Shown piece after piece: positions 41,029-55,005 of a DNA stretch of 64,000 nt. Each line of letters opens with the position of its first letter. Positions within the stretch are counted from its first letter, which is position 1. Under the pieces are notes generated by a model. It made no database searches. It had not been told where the DNA came from and was given only the letters and a program-made list of their open reading frames with translations. Where the stretch lies: the NCBI RefSeq assembly GCF_009914755.1, contig NC_060927.1; one strand, 5' to 3'. The translations under genes were made by a program, and so were the position numbers. The stretch comes from the human T2T-CHM13v2.0 reference genome, Homo sapiens.

Positions 41029-41338
41029 AAAGTGAAAGGGTATTTACAATCTGTTATGTACATAATTGTATATGAGTCTTTGCACATACTGTATTGACTG
41101 CACATTTGCTGATGTGAGAAAAAGCAAAACAAGAAACTTAAAGATTAGCTGCATATCAAATGTTTACTATAGTATTTGCACATTGAATAAAGTGAAAGGG
41201 TATTTACAATCTGTTATATACGTAATTGTATATGAGTCTTTGCACATACTGTATTGACTGCACATTTGCTGATGTGAGAAAAAGCAAAACAAGAAACTTA
41301 AAGATTAGCTGCATATCAAATGTTTACTCTAGTATTTG
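41029..41338. repeat. 150-bp tandem duplication (period 160)
   Basis: 41029-41178 vs 41189-41338, 3 mismatches, 10-bp spacer cacattgaat. Confidence 0.97.
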
Positions 41339-42048
41339 AATGAGACATATTTTCAAGTTGATATTTTCAAACTGTGACTGCTATAGATTTTGTATAACAT
41401 CAACATCACTTAAAAAATGTATAGGTTTACATCATTACTTCTGGCTCCTGGCAATTATTTGACCATATCAACTTGTTTCACTTCTAGAAACCAGAATGGT
41501 TACTATAATATTAAATTTACTAAGGAATTCACATTGCATGTATCACACCACGAAGATTCCCTTAGGTTTTCCATAATATCAGTACATAAGCCAGCACTAA
41601 AGAATGAAGCAATAAAAATATAAACTATATCTAATGGAATGTCTATTATAAGAGATTACTTAGAAGAAATTATGGTTAAAAGAGTGTTCCCCTACTTGAT
41701 CTACAAGAAGAGCCACTTGATTGTCAACTGATAACATAGTTAAGTAACTGGCATCAATTTCTTTCTGTTACTATTAGGTTTACGTGTGTTTAATTATAAC
41801 ATGAAAAAAATACATGATGGGTTTTTTTGTACAAATACAATAAAATTGTATATTTCCCTTTTGTTACTTTATACATTAAGAATAATGTTTCCACAACCAG
41901 GACTATACATAAGTGTTTATATTTCCTATTTGCATTAAAGAATCTTTATGTGCAGAGTCTAAGAATATTAGTGTCTCATTCTGTACAGAAGCTAAAAATT
42001 TTAAAACTTCCTGACTTTCAGACTTGCCTCTCCCAACAGACTATTGCT

Positions 42049-42142
42049 ATCAAGGTTGAACAACATGTACCTAGTACAATCTAGCTGATTTCTACCTTAG
42101 GTAGAAATTGATGTGAAATTCTATAAACAATGTTCAACCTAA
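42049..42142. mobile_element. Degenerate mariner MITE (MADE2-like)
   Basis: outer IR aggttgaaca/tgttcaacct(aa), central IR atttctacct-t-aggtagaaat. Confidence 0.45.
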
Positions 42143-43418
42143 TTAAAATAATTGAGAGGGCTTAACCTTTTGTTTGAAAATAGTTTTTATATGGTAAAAT
42201 ATTTGACGTCTCCAACTCCCAAACTGTACCTTAACCATGGGAACACAATCTTTTCCTAAGTTGCATCTACATCTATAACAGATATCTTCTACTTCGGGTT
42301 AGCTGATGAGAATAACTTCAAACATTGAGCATAGAAATTGAATCTTTGTGTAAGCAAGTGAGTCAGAATCCTGTATTTACAGATTGTCAGTCTCTGAGTT
42401 GGTCGTCATGGGAGTGGGATGAGACCAATGCTTGCACATGCTTTTATCATTACTGCCCAAATCCAGTGAGACAGACAAGGAAGCCTTTGCTTCTCTAGTA
42501 CTAACTCCATTAGAACCTCTCACAATGATTAGGACTAGGAAATGCTAACCCTTCCCCAGCCTCACCAAACATGCATCCTGAGGCTCTTCCAGAACCAGAT
42601 CAAACACTTGACCACAAATGGGGAATATGGAGATCTTCCCTGAAGAATAATGAGATTTTCCTTGGACATTATTGGTTGAAAGTGAAGGCAAGGAAGAATA
42701 AGCGAATTAAATCCAGTTCCATATGTGAGCATCAGCATGAGTTCACTTTCCCCACCAAAGAAAACTGTTTCTAATTTTCTTTCTAAATAATTAAGAAATA
42801 AGAGCATCTAGTCAAGGGAAACAGTTTCATTCCATGGAACTAGAGAATCTAAGTCAAATTGGAATAAATAATTCCATTGGCATGGCCTTGATTTTGTACT
42901 TTTTGTAATACTAGAAACCTGCATTATGGTTTTGAATAAAAGTTGGCTTTTTCCTCTCCCTGCCTGATTGTAAAGAGCTCTGCTTTTTCTAACCAGGAAG
43001 AGTAGAATGTGATGTAATTTTTGTTTAATTCTTTTATTTAGTAATTGAGAAAGGAAGAGGGTTAGTTCAGCACACTGCATTTAAACAGAATATCAGTTTG
43101 GCTATTTTGACTTTATAGAAGTCTGTAAATAAGAAGTCATTTATATGTGCATAATTTGGATGGACAGTTTCATGGACACTCTTGGATGGAGCACTTGGAT
43201 GGCCCATAGAACACTCTGTTTGTCCCTATCATAGTACGTATTGTATTGTGTTAAGATGCTTATTTGCTTAAATGTGTCTCCCAAAAGGTGGTGATGACTT
43301 TGAAGCCAGCGACTATGACTTGTTCACTTCTGTATTTCCAGTTCTTAATACAATGGCTTACATACCATAAATAAATTGGTGCTCAACAGTATAGTCATTG
43401 AATGTAAAAATGAAGATT

Positions 43419-43935
43419 GCATCAGCTGGTTTATGACATGTAACAAACCACCCACAAAGTTGGTGCTTAAAACTAATCGTTATCATTGTTCATGAGTCTG
43501 TTGGTCATGTGAGCATTTCTGCTGATCTTGTCAGACTAAGCTGATCGTTGCTGGGCTCACTCGTGCTTCTGTGGTCAGTAATGGACTTGGTCATGGGCCA
43601 TGATATCTGAAATGGTCTTATTGTCACAGCTGATGTTTCTCTCTCTACTAGCCTGGCTAATGAAGGTGGCTATACCATGTCTCTCATCATCCAACAGTCT
43701 AGGGAGAGTTTGTTCACATGGCAGCAGATGGTAGGAGTTCCAAGAACTTAATAAAAATTGCAAGTCCTCTTGAAGCCTAGATTCAGAGGGGCAATTACAT
43801 TTTTGACTCATTTCTTTTATCAAAGCCAGTCTGAAGACAAACTTGTATTCAATATATGGAAAAAACGAGTCCCCCCTCCCATGTTTTCATGGAAGGAGCT
43901 ATGAATTATGGTGGTCATGTTTGAAATTCACTACA
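43419..43935 (-). mobile_element. MLT1 (G/H-like) LTR
   Basis: gtaacaaaccaccc...gcttaaaac...gctgggctcactc...gttcacatggcag...cactaca; L2 3' end at 43200-43405 just upstream. Confidence 0.75.
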
Positions 43936-45129
43936 AATGATAAAGCATCCAGAATGTCACAAGAGACTAAGCTACAGTGAAATCTGAAATCTCCTCTCTG
44001 TGACATTAGCAACATCGTTAATATCTTAATCCTTTTTCTGCCTGGGATCTGAATCCCTTTCAAAAACCCACATTTATTTAGGTCAAATAATTAAAATGAA
44101 GGCAACTAACTTAAATGAAATCACTTACAATTTTATTTTAGACAGCCATAATAAACACAAGTAGATAAACACAATAACAGTTTAATGAAAAATAGCCGTG
44201 TTCTCTAAACAAAAAATAGTAAGAATAGCAGTAGTGGTTCATATTTTTACACATCTCTTTATATAAGGTTTAATTTTAAAAGTAGTTGGATTATCAGAGA
44301 AAAAAACTCCCCTTACATGCTAGTTATTAGCTTTACGCCTTGTAAATGTTTTTCTTTCTGTGAATTGTCCAACCCCTTAGCCTCTGTCTACCTGGGGAAA
44401 CTAGACAGAATTGAAAATTTAAGCAAAAATTCTACTCTGGTTATAGAAAGCTGTTTTGAGAATGACTGGCAATTTCAGTGGCCTGCTGCAAGTGGTTTAT
44501 TTTAGTTTTATTTTATGTCTTGATTCCACTCAGCCTTAAGAAGACCATAGCTTGGATAATAATAGTTCATTTCTGAAATGGGCTCAACAAAAGAAAGCAT
44601 TCACCATACTTTTAGCATTCTTTTATCAGTGTGACTATCGTACGCTTTCTTCTTCTTTTTTTTTTTTTTCAGATGGTCTATAGCACTGTAGCATAAAGTA
44701 TTATAAGAACCCCTCCAGAGTTCACGGGCATCATTAGATGGAATCACTGAGTTAGATGATATCTATAAAGAGATATTGAGGATGTCATTAAAATAAACAT
44801 TAAGCATTGTGAGGTAGAACATGAAATTCTCTATAAAGGAGTTTTCAGAATTAGATTTCAGTAAAACTGTGAGACTGAAGAAATGTTGTCTTGGCAACCT
44901 ATGAGTTACCTTAAATTTGGCATCCTAATTTGTGTTAGAAAGTTTTCTGTATTCACTAAATCCTCACTGATAATGTTTGGGTAGTTTTTGTAGTCAATGT
45001 TCAAGGATAGGACTATTTCAAAACCAGGAAAAATGGCTTTAAGCAAAGGCAAATAGATAAGGGTGGCAAACTTCGTATCACACTGTGGAGGTCACTAACT
45101 ACTCAAATAATCTTGAGTACTTCCACGCA

Positions 45130-45560
45130 TGCAGTCATGTATTCATCTAATAAACATTTATTGAGCACCTTCTATATATGAAGCCCTGAGGCAATTATAA
45201 AGAAGAATGAGGTGCATCCTTATCCTCAATAATTATACTGCCTGGAAAAGAAAGCCTACAGCTAAGTTGTTGATGAAATATGAAGTAGAAATGAATATAA
45301 AGTGCTCAGGTAGCATACAAGGAAAGCAACTAAATATTATCAGGAGAGCTACTGGTGAATTAATGAGGCACTTATATAACATAGAAGATAGATTAAAAAA
45401 AACTAGTTGCAAGTAAAGTAGAATTCAAGCAGTGTGAATGGCACAAACCAAAGCAAAAAACTAGAAAGTAATTTAGTCTCTTTGAGAAATTTTTCTAAAG
45501 CATAAGTCATATTGTTTTGGGGGAAGATAAGAGTAGAGTTAGGTAAAATATCATAAAGTC
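45130..45560 (-). mobile_element. L2 relic
   Basis: attcatctaataaacatttattgagcacct (antisense L2 3' end). Confidence 0.65.
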
Positions 45561-46276
45561 AGAATTGCTAGTGTTCAAATTATTGATTCATGTGCAAACA
45601 TTTTTATCTAGTGTAGCACATGCTCTGATCCTTCTAAGTCATATTTGAATCATTTATCTTCTATGCCCTTCATAGGTACTTGGATTCTGTTACTTTTCAT
45701 ATTGCATTGCACTGTTTCGTAATATCTGTATTTTTACTTTAATCCTGAGAAGAAGACTGTGTCTTATATTTCTATCTCCTTCATGTGGAAGAATGCAAAG
45801 TACTTATCATATTTGTTGAATGCTTTTCTATCTTCCTAAAATCTTAATTCTTCCTATTCTTGGTCTTAAAATAGTTATCTACTTTCTTAATGAGCCTACT
45901 TTATTGTTCCAAGCTAGTAACACCAACTGATAACTTTGAACTGAAACAAATAATTCACTTAGGTCTAAATTGGTTTCCCAGTCCCAGTGGATTCAGCAAA
46001 AACACTGAGGCTTAGAAATGTACACCAGTGGCCAAGCATCTTCACACAATGTCATTTGTACCAGGGTTTGTCCAAATATAGAGAACCACACAGTCAAAGA
46101 AACCATGGATTTTACCCAAGTTATCTATTTGAACAAATTTGTTTGTGTCTCCTGTTCTTTTATTATCCCCATGTATGCTTTTAATCAGCTAGATGTAGAG
46201 TAGTACACAGTCTTTGCTTCCAGCTTTTAAAGACGTGTGAAAATCCAAGAATCAGTGGTGATCCATTATCTAGCAA

Positions 46277-46803
46277 TATTACTGAGCAAATATGAGCTCA
46301 CTGCCCACAACAGATAGAAACCAATACTCTAGCAATGGCTTTTGTGAAAAGAAAGTCTTTATTTTGCCAGGCTGGCCAGCAAGGACACAGGTGATGCAAC
46401 TCAAATCTGTCTTACTAATTTGGGGTCTGGGGAAAGTTTTAAGGGGCCAGAGGACAAGGGAAAGGATTAAGAAATGTTGATTTGGCAGAGTCTAATTGAA
46501 GGTCTTCAAATTTGACCATTTATGGTAAGCCATGTTGAGGAGGATTTTAGCTCCTGATCTTTTGGGCCAGTGGACCCCTGGCTTTTGAAACGGTTCCAGG
46601 GTTTAGGTTCTGGTTGTATCCTGGTCTTCTTGGTTCCACAGGGAGGAATCATGGGTTCTGGGTGTTGCTAAAGGTCAAAACTTTTTCTGTTGTGCATGCT
46701 TGGGCTACATGATTGGCAATTTTGACTCTGTTATTCCTACAAGGTAACTTGGCATTCTGTCATCAACAAAGTAGGCCCGGGTTGGGCTGGTCCTGTTGTT
46801 ATA
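46277..46803 (-). mobile_element. ERV1-class solo LTR (family uncertain)
   Basis: 527-bp GC-richer block, degenerate TG..CA ends, antisense AATAAA (tttatt at about 46357), 4-bp near-TSD gcaa/gtaa. Confidence 0.7.
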
Positions 46804-48143
46804 GTAAGGATACATCAAATCTGTGAAAATATTCAGAAAATTCAATTTCTTATGGCCATATTCAGAAGATTTATATCTATGGAATTACATGCAAACATAT
46901 GGTGAAAGAAATAGTCATAAAATAACTCATGAGAGATCTTCTGAATACCTGTTTAAATTGAAAATGAAATCCATAATATTGACATAAAACAAGGTCCTAT
47001 GCCTGCATTGCACTGTTAATAGGATAGCCCCATGAGTGATTTAAGGCATATTTAGATATCATGCTTCAGGCATTGTTGCCTTTTATTGACAAAAGAGATT
47101 GCACGATGGTTGTTTTTGAGAAGTTATTGCTTTCTGTGCAAGAGTCCTGCACACAGAAAAAAAGTATTGGGCTTCTGAAACTGTGAAATTGCTACTGAAT
47201 ATTACCTGAGGAAAACTGAAGTGATGTGCAGAGTTGTGATACTGTAGGCATTCTCCCAGTTGTTCATTTTATCCCTGCTAATCTCCTTGCTTCCAGCTTT
47301 CTTTGAAGTTATTTTTATTTTCTCCTCTTTACACTTCAGCGAATGCTCTCCCTATGTGAGAAAAACTGAAGACCAAAGTTCATAGATGTTTACTGTCCTC
47401 TTGGCTAACACATGCATGACAGAGTCTTATACTAAAAATACCTAGCAAACTGCTTGTGGGTTTTTTTTCTCTTATGAGTAGAAAGGGTACTAGCTTGTGT
47501 ATGTATTTTTTCTTAATGAAAATATGCTGCTACTATGACTCCAAGAATCATTGATAACCAAACTTGGTGACATGTTTTCAATTGATTACACTGTCATCAG
47601 TATCGGTTTTCTAGGATTGAACTCAGTGGCATGTAATTTGGTTCCTGAACACTAATGCATTGCTAGGAGCACGTGTGTGACTGAGTAGTTGACTTTAACA
47701 TCACCCTCTGCCACTCCATTTCTGTCAGTGCCTCCTTATTAGAAATATACCTAGAGAAAAGTCACACATTCTGGCAGCTTGCAGTATAATATGAGATGCC
47801 TTCTAGGTGTAAAATAAAAATACTAGAAGCACATTTAAATAATTTTTAACTTCCATGTTGTGATTAGATGAATAAACCTTACAAAATGAAAAATAAACCT
47901 CTATACTCATTACTTTCCTGCATCTTTCTAAATCCATGTTTCAAAGGAGATCTTTAAATTGACCTCAACAATGGAGACAACTTAGGAAGTAAATCAGTTG
48001 CTGAGATGTCAGTTATTTCAAATGTTGTAGGACTTGTTGATGTACAAGGTATAGTAATAATATTAGAGATTTATTGATGTATTTATTTCTTTAAAATGTG
48101 TCAACTTACACAAAATGTATAGTGTCACCATTTTAGTAAAAGT

Positions 48144-48257
48144 TCAAGTATCATCCAGCCATCAATCCTTCTATTTAAGAAACGTTCGACGAGTAGGAGA
48201 TCAAGTATCATCCCTCCATCAATCCTTTTATTTAAGAAACATTCGAAGAATAGGATA
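48144..48257. repeat. 57-bp tandem duplication x2, diverged, at an antisense L2 3' end
   Basis: tcaagtatcatcc..ccatcaatcctt.tatttaagaaac.ttcga.ga.tagga twice. Confidence 0.9.
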
Positions 48258-50131
48258 TAGCAGCACACTTCACGTGCTCAGGCTTTGGTAGGATGCACAA
48301 GAACACAAACAATTACAGTGCAGAGTAGCAAGTTTAGTAAAACAAGTTAGTTCATACAGAATATTTTAGAATCACAGGGAGCAAAGCCTTCAATTCTGCT
48401 TACATATGTCCAGTAATTCCTCAGAGATGAGTTCAATCTTCAGCTGGTTCCAAGGAATAAGTAGTACTTTGCCAAACCAGTAAATGGTAGGAGGTATTTC
48501 AAAAAACTAGAGACAGAATATGGAAATGCAAGAGTCATGAAATTGCTTGACACGTTTAGGAACCCTCTACGCAGTTGGTTGCTGGAGCAAAAAAATTCGA
48601 AAGAACTTGCAGCAAACGCTGCTGAAGAGAACTAAATCATGGCCTCTTTGCTATGCACAGCTGAAAGATTTCTCACTATATTATCTAGGCAATTGTGAGG
48701 AGTTATTTATGGTTTCCACCAGAGTAATGAAAGATCATAATATCAGCATTGCTTAGACTGTGCTTAATGATGGAGGGTGGTGGGGACAGAAATAGGAAGC
48801 ACTGACCATGGAGCAGACATTAACAAATGAAGACATTGTTTTAGTAATACATCAAAGAGATGCTGTAGCTAGAATAAAGGCAGGATAATTTGGAATATTA
48901 AAAGAAAAGAAGTAATCGATATTATAAGCCACATACTAGACAGCTTTGAATATGCAACGAGAAATGTCTCAATGTAGTCCTGTAAAATTGTTCAACTGAA
49001 AAATATGTATTTAAACAAGAAGTTTATAAATACTTGAAATCTACACTTTTATTTTTTCAATAAAAAATATTTAAAAATATTTTTAACATAAAAAATAGCT
49101 TTGTGTTATATAAAAGTGTCTTTCTATGTAGAACAAATTGATCCTGAGTTTTTAAATGAATCTTGAATGTCCTTGTATACATTTCAGTCTCCTTGTTGAA
49201 GAGTTCTTGGGCTATGCTTGTAGTGTCTCTGACACATTCACCAAAATGATACCATGAAACGTAAATTAAACCAGCCAATTTGCAATAACCTCTCATTAAA
49301 ACAATATTTAAGATAAAATTTCTGGTTCAGATAACTTGAAAATTCTGTACTCTTATTTCAAGATAAAATATGCAAAATATATATAATTGCAAGTAGTTTT
49401 TTTAAACGTGAACTTTATGACAAAACTTTAAAAAAATGCTTGAAAATCCTTTTCCATAGGTGACTTTGTCATTTATTTTCCATTAAATGTGAATAAGCAA
49501 CAATATGAAATAGTGCTTTCAACAACCCAGATGAATAGCCTTAGGAGCTAGTAATAACCCGGTCAGCATTACTTCAAGCATTCCTAAGTTTAACTATTCC
49601 TGATTTAAAGACAATGATTATTACTAGCTTTTGTCTCATGTGTTTATTTTATTCCTCTTGTTATTTATTTTTCATTTATGTGACTTGCTTGATTCTTATT
49701 TCTGGGCTGTGTAGATAGTTGTACCTTGTTTCTTATGTTATAACCAGTATCACTAAAAAAAATCATTGACAGATTTAATGCATATGCCATATCTAGGTGG
49801 GCAATACATTTTTGGTGGGTTTTTGGAATACAATGGTTTGTTTCAAATCTAACACCTGTGTGCTTTGAAGTCTAACTCCTTGAAGATATTTAACTATAAA
49901 TCTAGAGCCATTAAAATACATTTAATGTATTTTAATACATTCACTTGGCTATTTACTTGGCTATAGAAAGATTTGGCACACATTTCCTAATTCATCTAGT
50001 CTACAAATATTTATTGATAATCTAATATATGAAAAAGTACTTGCAAAGTACTATAAAAGATGAATAGAGATGAATAAAATTTGGTCTTGATCTCAATGAG
50101 CTTCAGAATCTGAAAGGCAAAGTAAGATATA

Positions 50132-50500
50132 CACTTGACCCTCAAACAACCCGAGTTTGAACTATGAGGGTGCACTCACACACTGATTTTCTTCAGTGTC
50201 TCCCAGCCCAAGACAGGAGGACCAATTCCTCCTTTTTCACCTCCTCCTTTTTCGCCTCCTCCTTATGGTTTTCCTAATAACATTTTGTTTTCTCTAGGTT
50301 TCTTTATTGTACAAATACAGTGTATAATAGATATAACATATAAAATACGTGTTAACTGACTGTTTATGTTATCAGTATGGCTCCTAGTCAACAGAGGGCT
50401 ATTAGTACTTGAGTTTTGGGAAAGTCAAACGTTATATGTGGATTTTCTACTACACAGGAGGGATGTTTTCCTAACCCCCATGTTGTTCAAGGGTCAACTG
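50132..50500 (+). mobile_element. Tigger2a-like MITE, nested in an L2 relic
   Basis: TIRs cacttgaccctcaaacaac / gttgttcaagggtcaactg with TA on both sides. Confidence 0.88.
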
Positions 50501-51060
50501 TATTCACAAACTATCTCAATATAAGCTAGAAAGTAAGATATATGAAGAAAGGTATGAGATAAAGTATCATTGTTTGGAATAAGTAATGACCATTTCCATC
50601 ATGATAGAAATAAATGATTTTTTCATTGATCCAGGCAGTATTTTTGATATTCTCCTGCAGGTCAGACAGAATTCTTAGCATAAGAACTACTGTAACACAA
50701 AAGTAGAGTCCCAGCTCTGAAAGCATTTACAGCTTACGTGAGCGGACTAAAAAAAAAAAAAAAAAGCAGATAAATAGCACAATTTCAAAGTGTTTGAAAG
50801 GATTTAAAAAAACAGACACAGATAGATAGCAACTGGGTGATTGTTGGAAGGGCTTGAACCAAAAGTGCTCTCTTCGGGGGTGTCAATTAAAATTAGCACA
50901 TTGGAAACTTTTAAGCAAGAGAGTGAAATTATTGTTCATGAAAAAGTTGGTTACTGAGCTCAGCCTAGGGACTCATTTAGACCAAAATAAATCAAGTTAG
51001 GGAAAAGGCCAATTTGGAAAGAAGAATATGCATAACAAGAATGTTCACTATTATTATTAT

Positions 51061-51362
51061 TTTATTTTGTTATTATTTTTTTGAGATGGAGTCTCGCTTT
51101 GTCTCCCAGGCTGGAGTGCAGTGGCATGATCTCTGCTCACTGCAACCTCCACCTCCCAGTTTAAGCGATTCTCCTGCCTCAGCCTCCTGAGTAGCTGGGA
51201 CTACAGACACGTGCCACCGCGCCCGGCTTATTTTTTGTATTTTTAATAGAGATGGGGTTTCACCATGTTAGCCAGGGTGATCTCAATCTCCTGACTTCAT
51301 GATCCACCCACCTCGGCCTCCCAAAGTGCTGGGATTACAGGTGTGAGCCACTGCGCCCCGCC
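51061..51362 (-). mobile_element. AluSc-like
   Basis: ccatgttagccagg, short ctgacttcatgatcc; TSD ctattattattat. Confidence 0.93.
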
Positions 51363-51374
51363 TATTATTATTAT

Positions 51375-51600
51375 GTTGAATATGTAGACTATCATTGCAT
51401 GCTTACAATGCAATACCATTCTAATCATCCTACAAATATTAAGTCATTTCATTTCACAACAATAAGGCATGTGCTTTTATTATCTTTATTTTGCAGGTAG
51501 GAGAATTGAGACAGAGAGAGGTTAAGTATTGCGCCTTATGTGTCACTGCTAATAAGTGGCCAGGTTGGATTCTCAGCCCGGTTTAATGTCAAGCTGGGGA
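51375..51600 (-). mobile_element. MIR
   Basis: tattatctttattttgcagg...tgagacagagagaggttaagt. Confidence 0.7.
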
Positions 51601-51666
51601 GCCCACTGTCAAGCACAATGCTAGTCTATGTCTCTAATTCATGTATATATAGAATATTTAGACTTT

Positions 51667-51981
51667 GTCGTTGTTGTTTTTTGTTTTCTATTGTTTTGTT
51701 TTGTTTTGTTTTGATAAGGGTCTCACTCAGTTGCCCAGGCTGCAGTGTACTCATGGCTCACTACAACCTCAATGTCCCAGGCTCAAGTGATCCTCCCACC
51801 TACCTAGTAGCTGGGACTACAGGTGTGCACCAATATGCCTGGCTAATATTTTCGTATTTTTGGTAGAAACGAGGTTTTGCCACGTTGCTCAGACTGATCT
51901 TGAACTCTTAGGTTTAAATGATCTGCCTACCTCGGCCTCTCAAAATTCTGGGATCACAGGCATGAGCCACAGCGCTCGGCC
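51667..51981 (-). mobile_element. AluJ
   Basis: tcatggctcacta...ggctcaagtgatcctcccacct; (GTTTT)n tail. Confidence 0.9.
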
Positions 51982-52020
51982 TCGAGACAGTTACAGCATT
52001 TTTATTGGTTAAAGCTTCTT

Positions 52021-52416
<396 letters not shown>

Positions 52417-53499
52417 CTACATTGAATAGGAAAGAAAGAACAGCCAGGGAAGGGACAATTACAGAAATAGGAAGAGAACATGGAGAAAATGGGTTTTCAA
52501 GGGAAACACTCCTAACTGTAGATGTTACATGACTGAAAAAGGCCAAAGCATCTAATATGCAGCATCCTAGTGACCTTCAAGGGTGGTTCAGCTTCTCTTT
52601 GAGACTTAGAGGTTATAAGGAATTAAGGAAATAAAGAGGATTCTGTCAGTGAGATTCAGGCTAAGAAACAGACGAGAAAAAAGATGGTAATAAAGTTAGT
52701 TTTAAGGATAGGTAGACTTTAGCATAATTTTAATCTCAGAGACAAATAAAGAAGAGTTTGAATTTGTAAGCCATTGAAAACATTGAACAATTTTTTGAAA
52801 GATGTGGGAAGCATGCGATGGAGTAGGCAGGGGAAAGGCTAGTATTGAACAGAAAATAGTGTTCTAAAAATAGAAAAAAAAGAGAATTTTAACATAATTT
52901 CAAGGCTCAGATATGTTTTGTCCTCATTCCTTCTAGTATTCAACGTTTGTAATAGATGTTGGAACACAAATTTTGTCTGTTCAACTCTGTTCCCCTTTAT
53001 AAAACTATGCAATGGATGAATAGAGAATATATTCAGTAGTGACTGTTTAGCAAACAACTCCAGCTTCCAGATGAGATACATAAATCAAAACAGATTAATA
53101 TTCCCTCTGAAGAATATATTGCTGCTTTTGATACTTGTATATATTGATGCTTATGGTACTGTTAAGAACCCTGAGTTTGCAGTCATGTTATTTTCATTTT
53201 TAACAATTTAATTTAGAATTCAAAAACTTTTTATATGTTTTTCCTGATAAATAGTGCTTAAATTACTTGTCAATATTCTGTTCCAAAGAATGCATACAAA
53301 TTGGATTTTGTTTTTCATTTGATGTGTGTTAAGAGTGGAAAAGATGCATAACTGACGTGCATCTGGCATATCTGATGTGCCGCAACTGCCAACAGTTCAG
53401 ATAACTTTATGGTGGTCACAGGTCAGTCATAATGAAAAAAAAACAAAAAACAAAAAACAAAGCATACCCAATTCTGTTAGAGTAAATCAAATAACCCCT

Positions 53500-53800
53500 G
53501 ACAACAGGAAGTAAATGAGAACAGGTGACCTGAAAAGCAGGATACTTTACTTTGTGAACTCTATGTAAGGTTACATGAGAGACTCTGAATTTTCTATGCG
53601 TCAGGGAAATTTCCGTTCAGGGTATTCCCAGAGGATGGAGTGGTTTAAACTTAGACTTCACAGTGGCAGTGTCTGCAGCGGAACTGGCAGATGTCAGAGC
53701 ATGTGACAAGACAGGCTGGGCAGAAATGCAGAAGAGCGTCCCTGATAAGGCACTGGAAGAGAATGGATTATTTGTGTACAGTTGCAGATTATAAATAAAT
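53500..53800. promoter_or_regulatory. Candidate enhancer: ETS, ATF-like, two NF-kB, E-box and GATA motifs
   Basis: caggaagt 53505, tgcgtca 53597, gggaaatttcc 53604, gggtattccc 53620, cagatg 53688, tgataag 53743 in sequence with no recognised repeat. Confidence 0.45.
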
Positions 53801-54246
53801 CTGCCATGTTAATCAAGGGCATATCAACGCTTTCTTTGCCAACCGCACAGTCATTTCAATTGGAGTGAATGAGTTGCACTGATACATTTTTTCTAAGTGG
53901 TTTTCTTGTAATTATTACTAAAACTGTCCTTGGCTGCACATAATACAAGAGAAATGTTAATCTATTTCTTGATTTAGCTTTTTAGTATGCTATTTATTCT
54001 CAATAAGTAGCTTAGTTCTGGCTTTATAGACAAGAAGCACATACTTGATTTACTGGGTATATGTTAACATTCAGCCATCTAGACCATTTTAGCCAACCCT
54101 AAGGACCCTGTTTTGGTCATGAGAATATTTCAAAACAAAAAAGCAGAGAAATAAACAAGGTTAAAGGGTAAGACCTGTGATTGAGAGAAGGGAGTCTGTT
54201 AAGCTTTAAAAATCAAAACCGAAATTTTGGTATTAGTGTGTGTGCA

Positions 54247-54619
54247 TGTATTAGTCTGTTCTCATGCTGCTATATAGAACTGCCCAAGACTGGGTAATTT
54301 ATAAAGGAAAGAGGTTTAACTGACTCACAGTTCCACAGGACTGGGGAGGCCTCAAGAAACTTACAACCATGGCAGAAGGGAGAGCAAACCCATCCTTCCT
54401 CACATGGTGGCAGGAAGGGTAAGTACTGAGGAGAGGGGAAAAGCCCCTTATAAAACCATCAGATCTTGTGAGAACTCACTTGCTATCAAGAGAACAGCAT
54501 GGGGGTACCTGCCTCCATGATTCAATGACCTCCAACCTGATTCCTCCCACGACACGTGAGGATTAGGGGAACTACAATTCAAAATGAGATTTGGGTGGGG
54601 ACACAGCCAAACCCTACCA
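54247..54619 (-). mobile_element. THE1 (C/D-like) solo LTR
   Basis: tgtattagtctgttctcatgctgct...gagatttgggtggggacacagccaaacc; 5-bp TSD gtgca at 54242 and 54620. Confidence 0.95.
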
Positions 54620-54701
54620 GTGCATGAACATCCAATCTCTTTGCAGCAAGGCCAGAGACCATATTTCAGTTCTATATTATTTTGTCCGCAAAGTGTCTTT
54701 T

Positions 54702-55005
<304 letters not shown>

